Origin: Clostridia bacterium
Lineage (GTDB): Bacteria > Bacillota > Clostridia > Acetivibrionales > UBA4821
Assembly: GCA_041687355.1 (NCBI GenBank)
Contig: JAWLCD010000010.1
Span: 2,371 to 66,370 of the forward strand
DNA: 64,000 nucleotides
Direction: 5' to 3'
Shown: positions 9,064 through 17,297 of the stretch, piece by piece
Numbering within the stretch: the first letter of the stretch is position 1
Layout of the letters: each line of letters begins with the position of its first letter
The notes under the pieces: generated by a model
Databases searched by the model: none
What the model saw: only the letters and a program-made list of their open reading frames with translations
Told to the model about the DNA's origin: nothing
Made by a program: the position numbers and the translations under genes

Positions 9064-9307
9064 ATAAACAGGATTCTAAGATTCAGGTGGAGTTTTGGCT
9101 AATAATTTCTTGTTATCTTTGATAACTTAGAAATCATTGTCCACCTTGTGTGCTCCAACTGAATCTTAGAATCCGTTATCCAGGAACGTAGCACCGCCGT
9201 AGACTACTAGTCGCTTGATTTCGAAGAAATCTTAGCGATAGTGTCCATCTTTGATGCTCCCACTTGAATGAGAGGGGAGTCTTAGCGGTGGTAGTCATCG
9301 GATAAAA
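9064..9307 (+). repeat. RepA copy A2 (244 nt; 54-nt modules in both hairpin apices: 9101-9154 and 9203-9256)
   Basis: Same core as A1 plus two insertions. Lies between rsmD and pdp. Confidence 0.9.
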
Positions 9308-9401
9308 ATCCTACTGATTATTTTATAATACATCTGGGAAATGTCAATTGTTTTTAGTTAAACCTTAGCTTGATTATGGAGATTCCCCCTTGTGATTTGA
9401 G

Positions 9402-9473
9402 AGGAAATGAATTAACCGGCGAATAAGTTTACCTTGATTTCGCAGTCCTTATGAGCGGTTAATTTACTTTCCC
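9402..9473 (+). repeat. RepB copy B3 (minimal form)
   Basis: AGGAAATGAATTAACCGGCGAATAAGTTTACCTTGATTTCGCAGTCCTTATGAGCGGTTAATTTACTTTCCC. Confidence 0.8.
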
Positions 9474-9529
9474 TGACTGATAAGAAAAAGGAGCTAAGGG
9501 TGCAATCCTTAACTCCTTCAGCATTAATT

Positions 9530-10834
9530 TCAAGATATAACATCAACAATCAGCGGCATCGGTTCAGGCTTTCTTTCATCTATTGTATACGCTCCCACAA
9601 TCAGTTCCTGGGCCGGCTGCACCCTGTGTTCATGATTGGAATACATCCAGGCCAACGTATCTCCCGCCTTAACCTCATCTCCGATTTTCTTCTCAAGTAC
9701 TATCCCAACATTGAGTTCAATCTCAGAATCCTTGGTTTCCCTTCCAGCTCCAAGCAGCATGGAGGCAACCCCTATAGAGTCGGTCTTCATTTTGGTTATA
9801 TAGCCGTCTCTGGGAGCCTTTACAGGAAGTTTAAGCCTTGCTTCGGGGAACAATGAAGGGTCATCAACCACCTTCACGTCACCTTCCTGATTAATTACCA
9901 TTTCCCTGAATTTCTCAAATGCCTTACCGTTATCCAGCAGACCTTTCAACTCCTCTTTAATCGCATCTATATCCTGTGTCCTGCCTGAGAGTTTGAGCAT
10001 GTATGCTCCAAGGACCAGACAGAGCTCTTCCAGGTCTTTGGGTCCTTTCCCTTTAAGAGTTTGGATAGCTTCCTTCACTTCAAGCGTATTGCCTACTGCA
10101 TATCCCAGGGGCTGGTCCATGTTTGACACCACTGCTACTGTATTCCTCTTCAGGTTTTTTCCTATACTCACCATAACTTTCGCCAGTTCCTTTGCATGGC
10201 TCAGTACTCTCATAAAAGCACCACTGCCGGTTTTCACATCCAGCACTATGGCATCGGCTCCACCGGCAATCTTTTTGCTCATTATACTACTGGCTATCAA
10301 GGGAATACTGCCTACAGTCGCAGTTACATCCCTCAGTGCATAGAGCTTCTTGTCGGCAGGTACCAGGTTTCCGGTCTGACCGGCCAGTGCAATCTTTATA
10401 CGATTGACTCCATCAATCAGCTTATGCATGGGAATATCCGTCCTGAACCCGGGTATGGATTCAAGCTTGTCTATTGTCCCGCCGGTATGGCCAAGGCTCC
10501 TTCCCGACATTTTAGCCACAGGTATGCCTGCCGCAGCTACAAGTGGAGCAACAATCAGTGTAGTTTTGTCACCTACTCCCCCCGTACTGTGCTTGTCTAC
10601 CTTTATTCCCTTTATTTCTGATAAATCAACCATGTCTCCCGATTGTGCCATCTGTATTGTAAGTTCAGCAGTCTCACCCTGATCCATGCCATTCAGGTAT
10701 ATGGCCATCATAAGAGCAGAGGCCTGGTAATCAGGAATTTTGCCGCTGCTGAAGCCGGAGATAAAAAATTTAATTTCATCAGGAGTTAATTCCTTGCCAT
10801 CCCTTTTCTTTTCAAGAATATCGTACATTCTCAT
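9530..10834 (-). CDS. pdp: pyrimidine-nucleoside phosphorylase
   Basis: Contains [12 protein letters not shown] and [16 protein letters not shown]. Start moved to the ATG at 10834 ([13 protein letters not shown]), which has an AGGGGG RBS. The longer ORF would overlap yraN. Confidence 0.93.
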   Translation of the reverse strand: MRMYDILEKKRDGKELTPDEIKFFISGFSSGKIPDYQASALMMAIYLNGMDQGETAELTIQMAQSGDMVDLSEIKGIKVDKHSTGGVGDKTTLIVAPLVAAAGIPVAKMSGRSLGHTGGTIDKLESIPGFRTDIPMHKLIDGVNRIKIALAGQTGNLVPADKKLYALRDVTATVGSIPLIASSIMSKKIAGGADAIVLDVKTGSGAFMRVLSHAKELAKVMVSIGKNLKRNTVAVVSNMDQPLGYAVGNTLEVKEAIQTLKGKGPKDLEELCLVLGAYMLKLSGRTQDIDAIKEELKGLLDNGKAFEKFREMVINQEGDVKVVDDPSLFPEARLKLPVKAPRDGYITKMKTDSIGVASMLLGAGRETKDSEIELNVGIVLEKKIGDEVKAGDTLAWMYSNHEHRVQPAQELIVGAYTIDERKPEPMPLIVDVIS

Positions 10835-10845
10835 AACATTACCCC

Positions 10846-11214
10846 CTAGAAGGCGTTTTTGAGCAGGTTTATATCCATACATTTCCTGCCTTCCTTACTA
10901 TTATCCATCATTACTTCAACAACGTCAAACCTAAAATTGGTGTTGACCAGTTTCTTTAGTGCCAGATAAGTCTGTGCAACCTTTATCAGCGTTTTCTGTT
11001 TTTTCAGGTTTACTGATTCAGCCGGAAAACCATAGTGAGAGTTACTTCGGGTCTTAACCTCAATAAACACAATATACTGTCCATCCATGCCGATAATATC
11101 AATCTCACCAAGCCTGCATCTGAAGTTGGTTTGTAGAATCCTGTATCCCCTGGTCTTTAAGTATTCAGCAGCTGCTTTTTCTCCGGCCTTTCCCAGTTCA
11201 GTCCTGTAAGCCAT
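10846..11214 (-). CDS. yraN: YraN family (UPF0102) endonuclease-like protein
   Basis: Contains [32 protein letters not shown] and VFIEVKTR. Start at 11214 has a GGGAGAAGGA RBS. Confidence 0.88.
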   Translation of the reverse strand: MAYRTELGKAGEKAAAEYLKTRGYRILQTNFRCRLGEIDIIGMDGQYIVFIEVKTRSNSHYGFPAESVNLKKQKTLIKVAQTYLALKKLVNTNFRFDVVEVMMDNSKEGRKCMDINLLKNAF

Positions 11215-11491
11215 ATTTTCCTTCTCCCTTAAGCTTATCAATATCGCTCACAAATACCAGAATCTCTGCAACAATCTCGTACAGTTCCTCCGGGATTTCG
11301 TCTCCGATTGAAAGTGTGTTCAAAATATGTGCAAGCTCTGGATTCTCGTATACAGGTACATTATTGTTCTGTGCAGTTTCAAGAATCTTCTCGGCAATTT
11401 CACCCTTCCCCAGAGCTACGACTTTCGGTGCTGATTCATCCGTATTATACTTTAGAACTGCCGCCTCTTTAATCTTCTTTTTCTGCTCCAT
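11198..11491 (-). CDS. ylqH: FlhB C-terminal-domain-like protein (EscU/YscU/HrcU family, YlqH-type)
   Basis: 97 aa with AAVLKYNTDESAPKVVALGKGEIAEKILETAQNNNVPVYENPELA...IGDEIPEELYEIVAEILVFV. No TM region and no NPTH site. Confidence 0.88.
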   Translation of the reverse strand: MEQKKKIKEAAVLKYNTDESAPKVVALGKGEIAEKILETAQNNNVPVYENPELAHILNTLSIGDEIPEELYEIVAEILVFVSDIDKLKGEGKYGLQD

Positions 11492-11493
11492 GT

Positions 11494-13119
11494 TTACACC
11501 CTCATATCAAACGAAAGTCTTTTAGTCCTGCCACTCAGAACCAGAACCTTATCCATCTCCGGCAGGCCAGTCTTTTTCTGAATAATCCCACAGTCAATAT
11601 TAACTATACTGTATCCCTTCTGGTTCAAGGCCTCTACCAAACTTGTTGTATTCTCCCTGATGAGCGAAGCAATCTCTTCATCCTGCACCCTGAAAGTAAA
11701 TCCTACAGCTCTGCCTGTGAGATTCACAAGCACCTCAGTCAGGCCTATGTTGGGCATCTGAAGTGACATTAGAATACTTGCATTGGATGGGTCAATTTTT
11801 TTTCGGGATTTTTTGAGAATATACAGCTCGCCGTTGGTATGCTGCCCCCAAATGTTAAGTGGTATTTGTATGAAAGTATTGTACTGGCTCATGCTGTTCA
11901 TGAACCTTATATTCTCCTCGGCCTGCCCGGTAAGCGCAAGCATTTCGTTCCTGCCTTCCCCTGTAGATAACACTCCCTTAAGGATATCCAGTTTAACAAG
12001 TATTTCCTTATACGAAGCACTGACCTGGAGGTCTTTTGCCAGGGTTTCAGATTTATTGCTTACAAAGTGCTTTTCAAATACCGCCTTAATCTCTTCCCTG
12101 ACATGTTCGGTACTGGCCCTGACTTCAGGTTGTTTTAAGTCAGTTTTATATATTTCTTCAGTCTTAATTTTCAATATTTGCTGGAACAGATTTTTTAGAG
12201 CTTCAGGCAGTTTGCCCAGAAAATTCTGGACACCATTTGGCTCAATGTTGTTAATCTGTTGTTTGAGCTGGTGGGTATTGAGATTATTAATCTCGCTTCG
12301 TATTTCAGGCAAACCATTTTTAATTTGCTGGTCAATACTATCAAGTAAAGCCTGCTTGATTGCCGGCAGGATGTCTTTACCGATTTGCGTCAAGGCCTCT
12401 GAACCCTGCGATTGTCCACTGGTCTGCAGCCCCTGTACTTCTTTATGCAAAGCAGCAGCCGTATGTCCAACTGCTGAGTTTTTCTTTGGAAGAGCTGAAA
12501 GTTTTTCGTACAGCATCACTATTTCAGTTTCGCTTAAATTGTCAATCAGATTAGTTATTGCCCTTAGCTGATTTCCCAGTACTGCCTTACCTTCTGTATA
12601 TTGGGCAAGCATGCCTATACTCTTCTCATTAGGCTCAATTCCCCTGCAAGTCAGGAATACAGCTTTCTGAACATCGAGTCCAGGGTTCTTTGAAATATGG
12701 TTAAGAACTGCTTGGACTCTTTCCCTGGTTACAGGCAGTTCGCGGGCTGTCAGTTCGTTAATTATTTCAACATTTCTCGGATTATTGGATAGATTCAGAG
12801 ACGCTAGAAGGCTATTTAACTGCTCCCTGCTCAGAGCACTTAATGAATTGCCAGGATTACTCTTCAGTGTTTCGATAAAGATTTTTCCGTCCCTTTTTTC
12901 ATTTATGATAAAGTCGACTACCTTTCCTTCCGTGAGTTCCAATGGAATCAGCATATTGGCAGTTACCGGTTTTCCTTCACCTATAGAGAGAATAACCTCA
13001 CTTCCTGATTTGCTAACAACCTGAGCACGGATAACATCTCCAACCTTGGCCTTTGCCAGTAATTTACCGGCCTCGAGTTCAAGTATATGTGCAATGGGTC
13101 TCAAACCATTAACCTTCAT
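11494..13119 (-). CDS. FliK-like (flagellar hook-length-control C-terminal domain-like) protein, YlqG-position
   Basis: 541 aa with a low-complexity, Q/N/S-rich middle. The C-terminal region (NIWGQHTNGELYIL...LVNLTGRAVGFTFRV) resembles Flg_hook. Adjacent to the FlhB-like gene. Confidence 0.6.
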   Translation of the reverse strand: MKVNGLRPIAHILELEAGKLLAKAKVGDVIRAQVVSKSGSEVILSIGEGKPVTANMLIPLELTEGKVVDFIINEKRDGKIFIETLKSNPGNSLSALSREQLNSLLASLNLSNNPRNVEIINELTARELPVTRERVQAVLNHISKNPGLDVQKAVFLTCRGIEPNEKSIGMLAQYTEGKAVLGNQLRAITNLIDNLSETEIVMLYEKLSALPKKNSAVGHTAAALHKEVQGLQTSGQSQGSEALTQIGKDILPAIKQALLDSIDQQIKNGLPEIRSEINNLNTHQLKQQINNIEPNGVQNFLGKLPEALKNLFQQILKIKTEEIYKTDLKQPEVRASTEHVREEIKAVFEKHFVSNKSETLAKDLQVSASYKEILVKLDILKGVLSTGEGRNEMLALTGQAEENIRFMNSMSQYNTFIQIPLNIWGQHTNGELYILKKSRKKIDPSNASILMSLQMPNIGLTEVLVNLTGRAVGFTFRVQDEEIASLIRENTTSLVEALNQKGYSIVNIDCGIIQKKTGLPEMDKVLVLSGRTKRLSFDMRV

Positions 13120-13160
13120 ACCAGCACCCCACAGTCAGTTAAAGCATTTAGCTTACCTAT

Positions 13161-13335
13161 ATAAACAGGATTCTTGGATTCAGGTGAAGTTTCTCCAACT
13201 GAATCTTAGAAGCCGTTATCCAGGAACTTATCGCCGCTTAGATTACTAGTCGCTTGATTTCAAAGAAATCTTAGCGATAGTGTCCATCTTTGATGCTCCC
13301 GAAGGGAGTCTTAGCGGCGGTAGTCATCGGACAAA
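13161..13335 (+). repeat. RepA copy A3 (175 nt; 54-nt module in hairpin 2 at 13242-13295)
   Basis: Lies between the FliK-like gene and rnhB. It contains the rnhB stop codon. Confidence 0.9.
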
Positions 13336-14031
13336 TCTTCTGGTGAAGCTCCTTCTATGTAATGGACATAAGCCCTTTCGTCTTATTGCTTCAATATGCT
13401 CTGCCGTACCATATCCCTTGTGCCTGGCAAATCCGTAGCCTTCATGTATTTTATCAATTTCTATAATCATTCTGTCTCTTGTAACCTTTGCAATTATGGA
13501 TGCAGCAGCAATGGACTGACTCAATGAGTCGCCTCTTACCATTGGTTTCTGCGGTACTTCTATATCTTCAAGACTTTCAGCATCAATAAACAGCACTTCG
13601 GGCTTAACCTCAAGCTGCTCCACAGCCTTCCTCATTGCAAGCCTGGTTGCGTTTAATATGTTTATTTCATCTATAATATTATTATCGACAATTCCAACTC
13701 CCCAGGCCACTGCTTCCCTTACAATAACATCAAACAATTCTTCCCTTTTCTTTTCACTTAATTTCTTCGAGTCATTGACCCCTTCTATCAATAAACCCTT
13801 TGGAAGTATGACGGCAGAAGCAACAACTGGGCCAGCAAGTGGCCCTCTACCTGCCTCGTCAATTCCGGCGATATATGTTATTCCATTGAGGTATTCTTCA
13901 TCCTCATACTGCATCAGTTTATGCAGCCTGTCCAGCTCTTTCTGTAGATACTTGCTGCCCTCTTTTGACCTTGTAGTAGTCTTTATTAGCTTATACTCCA
14001 CTTTTATCCCCCAATACTTCAGGCTCTTCAA
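13324..14031 (-). CDS. rnhB: ribonuclease HII
   Basis: Contains IAGIDEAGRGPLAGPVVASAV and DSKKLSEKKRE. The stop codon lies inside the 3' end of RepA copy A3. Confidence 0.94.
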   Translation of the reverse strand: MKSLKYWGIKVEYKLIKTTTRSKEGSKYLQKELDRLHKLMQYEDEEYLNGITYIAGIDEAGRGPLAGPVVASAVILPKGLLIEGVNDSKKLSEKKREELFDVIVREAVAWGVGIVDNNIIDEINILNATRLAMRKAVEQLEVKPEVLFIDAESLEDIEVPQKPMVRGDSLSQSIAAASIIAKVTRDRMIIEIDKIHEGYGFARHKGYGTAEHIEAIRRKGLCPLHRRSFTRRFVR

Positions 14032-14863
14032 GAGAAATTCTGCCTAGTTTGCCGTTCCTGAACTCGTCAAGAAGTATTAATGCTGCCCTTTCAAAGTCAA
14101 CTTCCCCACCTGAAACTAGACAGCCTCTTTTCTTCCCGATAAGTTTTACTATATCATATCCACATAGACCTTCAAGGCTATCAAGCTTATACCTTTGGAT
14201 AAGGTTCTTCTCATACCGTTCTCTAAGGTTTTCGGCCAGCTTAACTGCAAGTTCAGCGGTGTCAATAATCTCCGACCTTATAGCCCCTGTCCCTGCCAGA
14301 TTGACTCCTACTTCCGGACTATCAAATTTAGGCCATAGGACGCCAGGAGTATCCATAATCTCTATTCCCTGTCCTGCCTTTACCCACTGTTTCTTCCTTG
14401 TAACGCCCGGCTTATTTGCGGTCGCTGCCGCAGCTCTGTTAGCCACCTTATTTATGTAAGAAGACTTTCCAACATTGGGTATGCCCAGAACCGCTATTCT
14501 TATTGGCCTTCCTATCCGGCCTTTACTGGCGCTCAAATCTAATTTATCCTTCATTATTTCCCTTACTGAGCGTTCGAGCTCTTTCAAGCCCTTTCCGGAG
14601 ACCGAATCAACTGCAACAGCAGGATACCCCTTGCCGTTAAAGTATTGTATCCACTTTCGGGTTACTGGCTCTTCTGCCAAGTCTGACTTGTTGAGTGCTA
14701 TAATCCTTGGCTTGTCCCCTGCAATTTCATCCATATCCGGATTCTGACTGCTGTTAGGAATACGGGCATCAAGAAGCTCAACCACAACATCTACCAGTTT
14801 AAGATTTTCCTTTATCTCTTTTTTGGCCTTAACCATATGGCCGGGAAACCAGTTAATATTCAT
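13991..14863 (-). CDS. rbgA: ribosome biogenesis GTPase A
   Basis: Circularly permuted GTPase with NKSDL, GIPNVGKSS and DTPG. Begins MNINWFPGHMVKAKKE. Confidence 0.95.
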   Translation of the reverse strand: MNINWFPGHMVKAKKEIKENLKLVDVVVELLDARIPNSSQNPDMDEIAGDKPRIIALNKSDLAEEPVTRKWIQYFNGKGYPAVAVDSVSGKGLKELERSVREIMKDKLDLSASKGRIGRPIRIAVLGIPNVGKSSYINKVANRAAAATANKPGVTRKKQWVKAGQGIEIMDTPGVLWPKFDSPEVGVNLAGTGAIRSEIIDTAELAVKLAENLRERYEKNLIQRYKLDSLEGLCGYDIVKLIGKKRGCLVSGGEVDFERAALILLDEFRNGKLGRISLEEPEVLGDKSGV

Positions 14864-14886
14864 TCATTTATACCCCTAATTCTTCC

Positions 14887-14911
14887 GTGACAGGGGACGG
14901 TTCTCTGTCAC
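14887..14911. repeat. RepH hairpin H1 (stem GTGACAG/CTGTCAC, loop GGGACGGTTCT)
   Basis: GTGACAGGGGACGGTTCTCTGTCAC. Exact reverse complement of H2. Confidence 0.85.
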
Positions 14912-14926
14912 ATTTCTTTAACGAAC

Positions 14927-14951
14927 GTGACAGAGAACCGTCCCCTGTCAC
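14927..14951. repeat. RepH hairpin H2
   Basis: GTGACAGAGAACCGTCCCCTGTCAC. Confidence 0.85.
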
Positions 14952-14968
14952 GTTTTAAGAAAAGAAAA

Positions 14969-14997
14969 GTGAGTCAAGGAACCGTCCCCTGACTCAC
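14969..14997 (-). terminator. rplS intrinsic terminator formed by RepH hairpin H3
   Basis: GTGAGTCAAGGAACCGTCCCCTGACTCAC. On the minus-strand RNA the hairpin is followed by UUUUCUUUUCUU. It starts 8 nt after the rplS stop. Confidence 0.8.
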
Positions 14998-15004
14998 TTT
15001 TATG

Positions 15005-15349
15005 CTAATATAATACTTCTTTAACCTTTGCAGCTTTTCCAATTCTGTCACGCAGATAGTACAATCTTGCTCTTCTCACACGGCCTCGTCTAGCTACCTG
15101 AACCCCTTCAATTTTAGGCGAATGAATCAGGAATGTTCTTTCAACACCAACTCCGTAAGATAATCTCCTTACAGTGAATGTCTGGTTTACTCCCCCGCCT
15201 CTTTTTTGAATCACTGTACCCTCGAATTGCTGAATCCTTTCCCTGTTGCCTTCCTTAACCTTAACTGACACTTTTACTGTGTCACCGATATTAAACTTCG
15301 GTACCTCATTCTTTAAGTATTCACTTTCAATAGTTTTGATTATGTCCAT
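15005..15349 (-). CDS. rplS: 50S ribosomal protein L19
   Basis: 114 aa with [29 protein letters not shown]. Confidence 0.98.
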   Translation of the reverse strand: MDIIKTIESEYLKNEVPKFNIGDTVKVSVKVKEGNRERIQQFEGTVIQKRGGGVNQTFTVRRLSYGVGVERTFLIHSPKIEGVQVARRGRVRRARLYYLRDRIGKAAKVKEVLY

Positions 15350-15468
15350 ATCAGGACCTCCTCCCTCCGAAGGTGTTCTTGTATAAACAGCGGACCACCC
15401 GTAATAAACACCTAGTTATTTTAGCATAAATATATAACTGTTTCAATAGTTATTTTTCTTATTCATTT

Positions 15469-16197
15469 TCATTTTCCCGCTTCAGCCCTTATTATTAACT
15501 CATCTTCCGGAGTTAATTCTGCTCCTTCGAGCAGGTCCGGCCTCTTCCTGTAAGTCCTGATTAGGGCTTGTTCTCTTCTCCACTTTCCAATATTGGCATG
15601 ATGGCCCGAAATCAGAACCTCCGGCACCTCCCTGTCAAGGAAAACCTGGGGCCGGGTATATTGGGGATACTCAAGCAGCCCTGAACTAAAAGACTCCTGG
15701 CTGCAAGAATCTTCAGCCAGCACACCAGGAATCAGTCTGCTTACTGCATCTATAACCACCATTGCAGGTAATTCTCCACCTGTCAGTACATAGTCACCTA
15801 TTGATATTTCACGGGTTACAATCTCTTCGATAATCCTTTCATCTATTCCTTCATAATGACCGCACAGCAAAACCAAATGTTTATCCCCTGATAACTCTTC
15901 TGCAGTCTTCTGGTTGAATTTTTCACCCTGGGGTGAAAGATATACAACCTGAGGCCTGTAATCGAGTCCTTCCACAATTGACCTGTATGCATCGTAAATG
16001 GGCTGAGGCTGCATAACCATCCCCGGTCCGCCCCCATAAGGATAATCATCCACCCGGTTGTGCTTGTTGTTTGTAAAATCCCTTATGTTAACCGGGTTAA
16101 CAGTAATAAGGCCGGCATTTCTAGCCCTGCCGACTATACTTTCACTCAGAACAGCTTCAAACATCTCCGGAAACAGTGTAAGTATATCAAATCTCAT
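15469..16197 (-). CDS. trmD: tRNA (guanine37-N1)-methyltransferase
   Basis: [26 protein letters not shown] and [10 protein letters not shown]. Confidence 0.98.
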   Translation of the reverse strand: MRFDILTLFPEMFEAVLSESIVGRARNAGLITVNPVNIRDFTNNKHNRVDDYPYGGGPGMVMQPQPIYDAYRSIVEGLDYRPQVVYLSPQGEKFNQKTAEELSGDKHLVLLCGHYEGIDERIIEEIVTREISIGDYVLTGGELPAMVVIDAVSRLIPGVLAEDSCSQESFSSGLLEYPQYTRPQVFLDREVPEVLISGHHANIGKWRREQALIRTYRKRPDLLEGAELTPEDELIIRAEAGK

Positions 16198-16198
16198 T

Positions 16199-16702
16199 TT
16201 ATAATAACCCCTCAGGCAAATCTACCAGCATTTCTCTCTTGTTAAGGTCAATATTCTTCACTACAGACTTCAGTGCCGGTATAAGCAGTTCCTTCTCTTC
16301 ATGTTGCACTACATATACGTCGTTGCCGCCCGTCTTAATGACATCTTTTAAAGTTCCCAGTTTTGACCCATTCATATTAAGAACCTTAATGCCGATAAGG
16401 TCGCAAATAAAATAACTCCCTTCAGGCAGCTTTACTGCATCCTTCCTATGAATCTTCAGGACCCTGCTTTTTAATTTTTCAGCCTCCTCAAGAGTTTCTA
16501 AACCGGAAAGCTTCAGCAGTACAAAATTCTTGTGAAATCTTACTGAATCAATCTTGTATTCCTCAAGCTTACCGTCTTTATCAATCAGAACATACTTAAG
16601 AAGGCTATACCTCAAGGGGTCGTCGGTTAGAGGCATTACCTTCAACTCTCCTTTGACCCCATGAGTATTTACCACTTTTCCTATATCCAGATACTCAATC
16701 AT
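16199..16702 (-). CDS. rimM: 16S rRNA processing protein RimM
   Basis: 167 aa with [16 protein letters not shown]. Conserved rimM-trmD order. Confidence 0.93.
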   Translation of the reverse strand: MIEYLDIGKVVNTHGVKGELKVMPLTDDPLRYSLLKYVLIDKDGKLEEYKIDSVRFHKNFVLLKLSGLETLEEAEKLKSRVLKIHRKDAVKLPEGSYFICDLIGIKVLNMNGSKLGTLKDVIKTGGNDVYVVQHEEKELLIPALKSVVKNIDLNKREMLVDLPEGLL

Positions 16703-16737
16703 CCTGTACCCCTGATATATTTTTCAAACTGCCGGTA

Positions 16738-16968
16738 TTAATCAACTATATCTATAAATACTTTCTTCCCGGCCCTTACAGCATTGGCTTTTACTAAGGT
16801 TCTCACAGCTCTTGCAATCCTTCCCTGCCTGCCAATCACCTTGCCTATATCTTCAGGTGCAACTCTCAGTTCCAATCTCAAGCTGTCTTCGCTTTCAAAC
16901 TCTGATATCTTGACCTGCTCAGGGTTATCCACAAGTGCTTTTGCTATAACTTCAAGCATGTCCTTCAA
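16738..16968 (-). CDS. ylqC: KH-domain RNA-binding protein (YlqC/UPF0109)
   Basis: Contains GKVIGRQGRIARAVRTL (GxxG KH loop). The start is ambiguous: TTG at 16968 with an AGGTGG RBS, or ATG at 16959. The long ORF would overlap rpsP. Confidence 0.85.
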   Translation of the reverse strand: MKDMLEVIAKALVDNPEQVKISEFESEDSLRLELRVAPEDIGKVIGRQGRIARAVRTLVKANAVRAGKKVFIDIVD

Positions 16969-16999
16969 ATTTAACACCCACCTTTTTCTTTCAGCTGGA

Positions 17000-17245
17000 T
17001 TAAGACTCAATTCCAACCTTCTTGAATAGGGATTTCACTGTGTCCGTCGGCTGAGCTCCGTTCTTAATCCACTTGCTGGCTTTTTCCTTGTCAATATTTA
17101 TCTCTGCTGGACTAACCAAAGGATTGTATGTTCCGATTTCTTCAATAAACCTTCCGTCTCTCGGGCTTCTGGAATCTGCAACCACCAGCCTGTAGTACGG
17201 TGCCTTCTTGGCTCCCATTCTTTTTAGTCTGATTTTTACTGCCAT
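17000..17245 (-). CDS. rpsP: 30S ribosomal protein S16
   Basis: [35 protein letters not shown]. Confidence 0.98.
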   Translation of the reverse strand: MAVKIRLKRMGAKKAPYYRLVVADSRSPRDGRFIEEIGTYNPLVSPAEINIDKEKASKWIKNGAQPTDTVKSLFKKVGIES

Positions 17246-17297
17246 GTTATATTCACCTCCTTTCGATGCGCAAAAATGGTTATAAGCTTCGTATAAC

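Noticed and set aside
15350-15468. Possible L19 ribosomal-protein leader upstream of rplS
   Set aside because: A GGTGTT..AACACC hairpin is visible on the minus strand. I cannot verify similarity to the Rfam L19 leader by eye. This needs cmscan.
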